A DNA stretch of 32,000 nt from Candidatus Syntropharchaeum caldarium (GTDB taxonomy: Archaea > Halobacteriota > Syntropharchaeia > Syntropharchaeales > Syntropharchaeaceae): NCBI GenBank assembly GCA_001766815.1, contig LYOS01000003.1:205254-237253 (forward strand), written 5' to 3'. The first letter of the stretch is position 1; each line of letters begins with the position of its first letter. Below the pieces are notes generated by a model, which saw only the letters and a list, made by a program, of their open reading frames with translations, was not told the DNA's origin and did no database searches. Both the position numbers and the translations under genes were made by a program. Positions 9,512 through 18,441 of the stretch are shown here, piece after piece.

Positions 9512-10386
9512 GAGAGAATGATGCCGAGGTCGTGCACGTCATAGAGATTGCAGGTAAGACGCGGGTTGTCATCAAGAACGGGAAGGTGGAAGAGGTTGGA
9601 GAACCACTTGTTAAGTCATGCCCACTCTGGAAGGACTTTTTTGGACTCGATGAGTTCACACGTGAGTTTATTGCTGAACGTGTCCAGAAGGTGATGATTG
9701 AGAAAAGAGGGCTTTTCACAGAACGAAGAACATTCGAACTCCTTCCTGAGGTTGATTTTGGTGTATCTGAGATGATGATGGATGCCCGCAGGGACGGACT
9801 TATCGATGTTGCAGTTGAGGTTTCAGATGGTGCTGGAACAGTGATTGTTGGCGATCCTGAACTGATCGAGGGCATCGCAGGACAGATGCCAGCCGTGATC
9901 GTGGCATCACCCATCCCTGATGTGATCGATAGGCTTGAAGCAGGAGGTGCGGTTGTACTCGATCCTGCAACCGCAAAGATAGACCAGGTCGCGGGGGTTG
10001 AACGAGCAATCGAGCTTGGATACAAAAAGATTGGCGTATCGGTGATCCGAGCTGAGGATGCAAAACGCCTGCGGGAACTTGAAGAGAAGAGTGGAACAGA
10101 GATCACAATATTTACTGTTCATACAACAGGGCTTGCGCAGTGGGAGGTTGAAGCCATGGCAGAGCATGTTGATGTTATCACCGCCTGTGCATCCGAGAGC
10201 ATACGTGAGATTGTGGGGAGACGTGCACTCATCCAGATTGGTACCAAGATTCCACTCTTTGCCCTGACCAAGCGGGGAAAGCGGATCATTCTGAATCGTG
10301 CGATGCATATCGATAAAAAACTGCTCATAAAAGGCGAAGATCTTCCATTCAGGTCTGATACCGAACCTTACCCACTATCCGAATAA
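9508..10386 (+). CDS. Conserved archaeal protein, possibly DUF2099 / methanogenesis marker protein 8
   Basis: 292 aa. ATGA overlap with the mrp stop and AAGGAG RBS. Soluble, with a [21 protein letters not shown] segment that I associate with the Mmp8 family. The assignment is from memory only. Confidence 0.4.
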   Translation: MRENDAEVVHVIEIAGKTRVVIKNGKVEEVGEPLVKSCPLWKDFFGLDEFTREFIAERVQKVMIEKRGLFTERRTFELLPEVDFGVSEMMMDARRDGLIDVAVEVSDGAGTVIVGDPELIEGIAGQMPAVIVASPIPDVIDRLEAGGAVVLDPATAKIDQVAGVERAIELGYKKIGVSVIRAEDAKRLRELEEKSGTEITIFTVHTTGLAQWEVEAMAEHVDVITACASESIREIVGRRALIQIGTKIPLFALTKRGKRIILNRAMHIDKKLLIKGEDLPFRSDTEPYPLSE

Positions 10387-10395
10387 TCTAAAGAA

Positions 10396-10761
10396 TCAGG
10401 GGAATCTATCGATGATCTCCCGTGTAAGTTTTATATCGCTGTAATAGTTTGAACTCTTCTGTATAAACTCGGCAGCAACCGCTCCCTTCTCTGTCAGCAC
10501 GTACTCACCCCTGCCAACACGCTTCACAAGGCCGTCGAGCTGGAAGACAGTTTTCATCTTGCTCCCAATATTCCCACGATCAATCAGTCCATCCGTGTAA
10601 TTGCGTATCTCTGAGAACTTTGTCAACCTCCCAACACCATTTTTTGCAAGCACAAGAATTATCAGACGGTACTGGATATCACCCGGTCCCTGCGCTATCC
10701 CGAGCGATCTGTAGAACTCTGCAACTTCCAGCTCCCATGCAGTGTCGATCTCCCCTGTCAT
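10396..10761 (-). CDS. Small winged-helix DNA-binding protein (MarR/PadR/ArsR-like wHTH)
   Basis: 121 aa. Pattern YRLIILVLAKNGVGRLTKFSEIRNYT...GLVKRVGRGEYVLTEKG fits helix-turn-helix plus a beta-hairpin wing. The start overlaps the stop of the upstream 7TM gene (ATGA). Confidence 0.5.
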   Translation of the reverse strand: MTGEIDTAWELEVAEFYRSLGIAQGPGDIQYRLIILVLAKNGVGRLTKFSEIRNYTDGLIDRGNIGSKMKTVFQLDGLVKRVGRGEYVLTEKGAVAAEFIQKSSNYYSDIKLTREIIDRFP

Positions 10762-11534
10762 AGCTCATCACACCCCCAATCCTGCTGGTTTTCAAACTCT
10801 GGGATGGCAGGATCTTTGAGTCTGAACCATTCAACAAGGCATTCTGGGGGAAAATAACCCACATATGCAACCAGCGTCCCGATGAGGATCATTATATCAA
10901 AAAGTAAGCCATCTAAATCACCGAGATGCAGGATAGCAAGCAACGTGAAGCCATATACGATCGAGAGGGAGATCAGGGACATCGCAATCTTGTACTTTGT
11001 AAGGGCAGGTATCATCTTTAACGCAATAAACGGAATCAGTGCCATTATCATCGCTACCGCAGGGATATAGATGGCATATACGAACATCAAAACGAGCAGA
11101 TGATGCATCCTGAAGTTCACAGACCAGTAACCAGGGTCAGATACCTCCACGCCATACCTGAAGAGCAGGATAATATAGATTAGCCCAATCATCATAAAAG
11201 CCAGAGAAGCCGGGAGGCTTATCTTTCTGTTTCCTATAAGTATCTGGACGATGAAGAATGCAAGCGGTGCTGTTATCAGGGCGAAGGATGAGAACCCACA
11301 GTAGAGAAATGTTGCTGATGCCCAATCAGCTCCATGATAAGCGGCAGATAAAAGATAAAGGCTAATACAGAGATAAGATATCCCAAAAAGCATCCAGAAT
11401 AGCCCAAAACTGATCGATATAAGGTATCGCTGGTCACCTGGATCGTGCTTCACAAACATCTTCATTGCAAGCCAGAAAGATACAAGCGTGACCTCGAAAC
11501 ATACAAGTGCATGGATTAACACACCTTCAATCAT
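10758..11534 (-). CDS. Polytopic membrane protein, about 7 predicted TM helices, unknown function
   Basis: 258 aa. I marked seven hydrophobic stretches by eye (roughly 4-27, 37-62, 72-99, 106-125, 144-172, 181-204, 209-228) followed by a short acidic cytoplasmic tail. GAGGGG RBS 9 nt upstream of the ATG. Confidence 0.6.
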   Translation of the reverse strand: MIEGVLIHALVCFEVTLVSFWLAMKMFVKHDPGDQRYLISISFGLFWMLFGISYLCISLYLLSAAYHGADWASATFLYCGFSSFALITAPLAFFIVQILIGNRKISLPASLAFMMIGLIYIILLFRYGVEVSDPGYWSVNFRMHHLLVLMFVYAIYIPAVAMIMALIPFIALKMIPALTKYKIAMSLISLSIVYGFTLLAILHLGDLDGLLFDIMILIGTLVAYVGYFPPECLVEWFRLKDPAIPEFENQQDWGCDEL

Positions 11535-11616
11535 GATATTTTACCCCTCATATTTATATTTCTATACAATCTTATTTAGGGTTTCTGTTTACTGTTTGGT
11601 ATTTTCAACCACAAAC

Positions 11617-11630
11617 CTTTTATACTTTAA
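11617..11630 (+). promoter_or_regulatory. BRE/TATA promoter element (cttttatactttaa) for the archaellin gene
   Basis: AT-rich TATA-like element about 60-75 nt upstream of ATG 11692. An identical 14-mer recurs at 16448-16461 upstream of another secreted-protein gene. Confidence 0.5.
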
Positions 11631-11691
11631 TAAACATAAATATTATTAAAGTAAATATATGAATTTAATATTTCGCAAAGGTGAAATAAAT

Positions 11692-12306
11692 ATGAAACAT
11701 ATACGAAATAAAAATTTAATGAGTGACAGCGACGCGCAGGCAGGGATCGGCACACTGATCATCTTCATAGCGATGGTACTTGTTGCAGCGGTTGCAGCAG
11801 CAGTCCTGATCCAGACATCAGGGGTTCTCCAGCAGAAATCTCAGGAGACAGGGGCTCAAGCGATCGAAGAGGTCTCATCGAACATCGGGATCGAAAACAT
11901 CGTTGGACATCGATCAAGTGCAAGCACAAATGACCTTGAATATGTGAACATCACGGTCAAAGTGATGGCAGGCGCGGGTGATATTGACATCTCCCAGCTC
12001 AGAATCTCGATCCAGAACAAGACGGGGCGTACAGACAATATACAGTACAGCGCAACCAACCTCACCTCAACGACCTTCACGGTCACAGAACGACGGGATG
12101 AGGATGACTCATACAATACAGCAAATAGCAACTATGTCATCAACTCAGGCGATCTCGTTACGATCAACCTCAAGCCAAGCATAGACTTTCCGGCAAGAGA
12201 ACCGATGCGGATCGAGCTGAACCCTGAACATGGAGCAGCGGTGATAAAAGATCTGACAACGCCAGCCTCATACGGTGTTGATATCTACATAAACCTATTC
12301 CCATAA
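11692..12306 (+). CDS. Archaellin (archaeal flagellin, FlaB/ArlB family)
   Basis: Class III signal peptide plus the conserved hydrophobic N-terminus GIGTLIIFIAMVLVAAVAAAVLIQTSGVLQQKSQETG. Three N-x-S/T sequons (NIT, NKT, NLT). AGGTGA RBS 7 nt before ATG 11692. The ORF-track start at 11659 is less likely. Confidence 0.85.
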   Translation: MKHIRNKNLMSDSDAQAGIGTLIIFIAMVLVAAVAAAVLIQTSGVLQQKSQETGAQAIEEVSSNIGIENIVGHRSSASTNDLEYVNITVKVMAGAGDIDISQLRISIQNKTGRTDNIQYSATNLTSTTFTVTERRDEDDSYNTANSNYVINSGDLVTINLKPSIDFPAREPMRIELNPEHGAAVIKDLTTPASYGVDIYINLFP

Positions 12307-12308
12307 GC

Positions 12309-12338
12309 AGGATCTCTTGAGATCCTTTTTTCTTTTTT
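12309..12338 (+). terminator. Hairpin (AGGATCTC-tt-GAGATCCT) followed by T6-C-T6, terminator of the archaellin gene
   Basis: Perfect 8-bp inverted repeat starting 3 nt after the stop codon and running into two oligo-T tracts. Oligo-T is the established archaeal termination signal. Confidence 0.7.
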
Positions 12339-12349
12339 ATATTTTAAAA

Positions 12350-13042
12350 TCAAGACAAAATCCTGACACCTTTTCTCTCGCCAACATGAACCTCAGTGGG
12401 TCGCATGAATATTCCATGTTCAACAACGCCTGGAATCTGAGAGAGCAGGACAGCCAGTTCTTCAGGATTCTTGATTGCACCAAAGTCAGCATCGATGATG
12501 ATGTTACCGTTGTCTGTCACAAATTGGGTTCCTTCCTGCATTCTCAGAACTGGCGTACCACCCAAATCCCTGATACGCGCTGACACAGGTGCTTTTGCAA
12601 ATGAGAGAACCTCGATTGGAACGGCTCGTCTGAGGGTTGGGACGATCTTTCTCTCATCCACACATACTATAAACCGATTGCTCGATGATGCAACGATCTT
12701 CTCCCTTGTATGTGCACCTCCACCCCCTTTTATGAGGTTAAGCTTTGAATCAACCTGATCCGCTCCATCTATACATATATCAAGCTCTGGAAGCTCATCA
12801 AGCGTCTTAATCTCGATGCCCAGCTGATGAGCCAGTCTCTCTGAACGTTTTGAAGTTGCAACAGCCCGTATCTCAAGCCCCTCATGCTTGACAAGATAAC
12901 CAAGCCGCTTTATAACCAGCTCTGCTGTAGAACCTGTTCCAAGCCCCACATCCATACCACTCTCAACAAGCCTGACAGCCGACTCAGCAGCGATTCGCTT
13001 CTCATACCTGACTGTGTTTTCGTCAATGCTAAATGATTCCAT
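12350..13042 (-). CDS. rpiA: Ribose-5-phosphate isomerase A
   Basis: Motifs GLGTGSTA, DGADQVD and KGGGGAHTREK. ATG 13042 is preceded by AGGAGG 8 nt upstream. The ORF-track start at 13075 would overlap gyrB and adds a non-conserved extension. Confidence 0.9.
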   Translation of the reverse strand: MESFSIDENTVRYEKRIAAESAVRLVESGMDVGLGTGSTAELVIKRLGYLVKHEGLEIRAVATSKRSERLAHQLGIEIKTLDELPELDICIDGADQVDSKLNLIKGGGGAHTREKIVASSSNRFIVCVDERKIVPTLRRAVPIEVLSFAKAPVSARIRDLGGTPVLRMQEGTQFVTDNGNIIIDADFGAIKNPEELAVLLSQIPGVVEHGIFMRPTEVHVGERKGVRILS

Positions 13043-13071
13043 ACAGACATCCTCCTGCCTTTCTCTCGTTC

Positions 13072-16372
<3,301 letters not shown>

Positions 16373-16447
16373 CTAAGCTTAATAGGATCTATTATTAAAA
16401 TAGGTTTTGCTGGATCGGGCTTTTGTGGCATTCTGGATAGTAAAAAT

Positions 16448-16461
16448 CTTTTATACTTTAA
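16448..16461 (+). promoter_or_regulatory. BRE/TATA promoter element (cttttatactttaa) upstream of the small lipoprotein gene
   Basis: Exact copy of the 14-mer at 11617-11630, about 30-40 nt upstream of ATG 16491. Confidence 0.45.
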
Positions 16462-16490
16462 ATCTAAGTGATTGTAGCTGATGTGATACT

Positions 16491-16964
16491 ATGAAAGGAT
16501 CTCTTAGTGAATTGAAAAACCGATCAGGACGCGATAATATGATAAAGAGTGTTTTTTTGCTCTTTGTATTAGTCGGTGCAGTTGTGGCAGGGGGATGTCT
16601 TGATAGCATGCAGGTACCAGTCATTAAAGTTGTGCTGGATGTCGGCCTCAATGAGACGACAGGCAATCCCGTTATCGAGAAAGTGGATATGACTCCTATG
16701 ATGATAAATGCGCTTAAAGCACCGAAAGCATCGAGTACCCGAGATATTGCGAACAGCGTGAGTGGATTTGCGATTCACAACTTTAGAAACATCGGATACT
16801 GGGATGCGGTGGAATACAAAGGACCTGGAAACTATGAACTGACCCTCGCATTCCCAAGTGGGGTTGAGATAAAGAAGAACGATACGATAGCGGTGGAGGT
16901 GCGTATCACAGATGATAGGGGAAAACGAGTGGCAGTAGCGCGGCGATACCTCACGTGGGAGTGA
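16491..16964 (+). CDS. Small secreted protein / putative lipoprotein, unknown function
   Basis: 157 aa. Hydrophobic signal segment IKSVFLLFVLVGAVVAGGC with a lipobox-like Cys. The start is either ATG 16491 or ATG 16539. I recognise no family. Confidence 0.5.
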   Translation: MKGSLSELKNRSGRDNMIKSVFLLFVLVGAVVAGGCLDSMQVPVIKVVLDVGLNETTGNPVIEKVDMTPMMINALKAPKASSTRDIANSVSGFAIHNFRNIGYWDAVEYKGPGNYELTLAFPSGVEIKKNDTIAVEVRITDDRGKRVAVARRYLTWE

Positions 16965-16977
16965 GAACTTTTACGTT

Positions 16978-17005
16978 AAAAAGATAAAAAGAGGAAAAAA
17001 ATAAA
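16978..17005 (-). terminator. Oligo-T tracts (T7, T5, T5 on the minus strand) downstream of hbd
   Basis: The plus strand shows A5, A5 and A7 runs immediately after the hbd stop. Oligo-T tracts act as archaeal terminators. Confidence 0.5.
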
Positions 17006-17863
17006 TCATTTTGTGTAATCGTAGAATCCTCTTCCACTCTTTCTTCCATAAAGTCCTGCTCGTACCATCTTTCTCAAGAGCGGACATGCCCGATACTTTG
17101 GATCTCCAAACTCTTTATAGTAAACATCGAGTATCGAGAGAATCGTATCCAGCCCCACGAGATCTGAAAGCTCGAGTGGCCCCATTGGATGGTTGTATCC
17201 AAGCTTCATCGCGGTGTCGATATCTTCTTTTGTCGCAACTCCTTCCATAAGCGTGTAATACGCCTCGTTGAGCAGCGGGAGTGCAATTCGATTGGCGATA
17301 AAACCTGGTGAATCTGTGGACGTGACGGGTGTCTTTCCAATCCTCTCTGCCAGTTCCCTCACAGTCTCAAATGTTTCATCCGATGTGAGAAAACCCCTTA
17401 TGATTTCAACAAGCTTCATCATGGGGACAGGATTGAAAAAGTGCATCCCTATAAATTTATCAGGGCGTTTTGTCGCAGATGCCATCTCTGTTATACTCAA
17501 ACTCGATGTATTCGAGGCGAAGATCGTCTTTTCAGGTGCAAGTGCATCTATCTCACTGTAGATGCTCTTTTTAAGCTCCATATTCTCAGGAGCAGCTTCG
17601 ATCACGATATCAGGATCTTTAACTGAATCTGCAAGGTCGACCATGCCCGTGATCCGCCCAAGAACAGCGTTCATCTCGTCCTCGCTCATCTTACCCTTCT
17701 TCACGGATCTCTCAAGGTTATTCCTGATCATGTTCATACCATTTTCAACAAAGCGATCCTCGATATCTCGCATCACAACCTCGCATCCTGACTGAGCACA
17801 CACCTGAGCGATTCCATTTCCCATAAGTCCTGCACCCAGAACGGTAACCTTTTTTATAGCCAT
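17006..17863 (-). CDS. hbd: 3-hydroxybutyryl-CoA / 3-hydroxyacyl-CoA dehydrogenase (NAD-binding)
   Basis: 285 aa. Rossmann motif [24 protein letters not shown], and [27 protein letters not shown] 9 nt upstream. Confidence 0.9.
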   Translation of the reverse strand: MAIKKVTVLGAGLMGNGIAQVCAQSGCEVVMRDIEDRFVENGMNMIRNNLERSVKKGKMSEDEMNAVLGRITGMVDLADSVKDPDIVIEAAPENMELKKSIYSEIDALAPEKTIFASNTSSLSITEMASATKRPDKFIGMHFFNPVPMMKLVEIIRGFLTSDETFETVRELAERIGKTPVTSTDSPGFIANRIALPLLNEAYYTLMEGVATKEDIDTAMKLGYNHPMGPLELSDLVGLDTILSILDVYYKEFGDPKYRACPLLRKMVRAGLYGRKSGRGFYDYTK

Positions 17864-17909
17864 TTCACAATTCCTCCATAGATCTTTTAAAATGACCTCA
17901 ACCTCCTCC

Positions 17910-17917
17910 TATATAAA
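17910..17917 (-). promoter_or_regulatory. TATA box (TTTATATA on the minus strand) for hbd
   Basis: Consensus octamer about 50 nt upstream of the hbd ATG, downstream of the ferredoxin terminator. Confidence 0.5.
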
Positions 17918-18028
17918 CTTCTCATTTTTCTCACACCTTCTTCAGCCTCTTCTCCAGACCAGAAAGAAGAGTGATTTGATAAAAATAGCTGGGCATCTAA
18001 GAGTGGAATAAATTAAGGAAATATTAAT

Positions 18029-18058
18029 AAAAAAATCCAGAGGGCATAAAGCCTTCTG
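18029..18058 (-). terminator. Hairpin plus T7 terminator downstream of the ferredoxin gene
   Basis: On the minus strand, CAGAAGGC-uuuau-GCCCUCUG (8-bp stem with one mismatch) is followed, after ga, by TTTTTTT. Confidence 0.55.
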
Positions 18059-18069
18059 AACCGCTGAAT

Positions 18070-18246
18070 CTACTCCGACATCGATATTGCGCCATTCGGA
18101 CATTCATCAACGCAGACTTCACAATCAACACACTCATTTTCATCGACGACCGCAACACCATCGACGATCGAGATCGCCTCGGTCGAACACGCATCAACAC
18201 ATGTGCCACAACCATCACACTTTTCTGCATCCACTATTGCTACCAT
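18070..18246 (-). CDS. 2x[4Fe-4S] ferredoxin
   Basis: Two cluster motifs, CDGCGTCVDAC and CVDCEVCVDECP. ATG 18246 is preceded by GGAGG 8 nt upstream. The ORF-track start at 18273 is less likely. Confidence 0.85.
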   Translation of the reverse strand: MVAIVDAEKCDGCGTCVDACSTEAISIVDGVAVVDENECVDCEVCVDECPNGAISMSE

Positions 18247-18396
18247 TCTTAAAACCTCCATATTGATCTTCACAGATGGTGGAGTATGGACACCCCACTA
18301 CTCACGCATCTTTCACGGAAGCTTAATATATGCTTTTCGCTTTTTGAGCAATTCTTACTCAGATCCTCAACAGCGAATTGGATACCCATCGAAGTG

Positions 18397-18413
18397 TTTA
18401 TAACATATAAAAT
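18397..18413 (+). promoter_or_regulatory. TATA-like elements (tttataa / catataaaat) upstream of ppdK
   Basis: AT-rich boxes 30-45 nt upstream of ATG 18442. The G-rich RBS (aggaaagggggg) lies between them and the start. Confidence 0.4.
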
Positions 18414-18441
18414 ACACAGATTTAGGAAAGGGGGGATAAAT

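Noticed and set aside
9504-10106. 200-aa Ser/Thr/Pro-rich antisense ORF opposite the DUF2099-like gene
   Set aside because: The composition is typical of the reverse frame of a GC-balanced coding region. The + strand ORF is translationally coupled to mrp and has a good RBS.
10758-11534. Possibility that the 7TM protein next to the archaellin gene is the preflagellin peptidase (FlaK/PibD, A24 family)
   Set aside because: It has no GxGD(V/A)K-type motif. The only candidate (HGADW, D70) is about 36-39 residues from the loop Asp residues (D31/D34) with a single helix between them. In FlaK/PibD the two catalytic Asp are about 60 residues apart with a different topology. This should still be excluded formally by an HMM search.
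17864-17880. 4-codon upstream ORF (ATG GAG GAA TTG TGA, minus strand) just before the hbd start
   Set aside because: Its GGAGG is simply the hbd Shine-Dalgarno sequence, so the ATG in front of it is most likely coincidental.
17947-17971. 7-bp inverted repeat (ctcttct ... agaagag) in the ferredoxin-hbd spacer
   Set aside because: The stem is short with an 11-nt loop and is built from a polypurine/polypyrimidine tract. It is easily explained by chance and is not flanked by a T-tract on either strand.
18286-18441. N-terminal 52-codon extension of ppdK given in the ORF track, and antisense ORFs at 18270-18866 and 18367-18948
   Set aside because: The extension spans promoter-like AT-rich DNA and is non-conserved. 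ATG 18442 has a G-rich RBS and begins the conserved PPDK N-terminus (MTKFVYLF.EG). The antisense ORFs overlap that promoter and the ppdK coding sequence.
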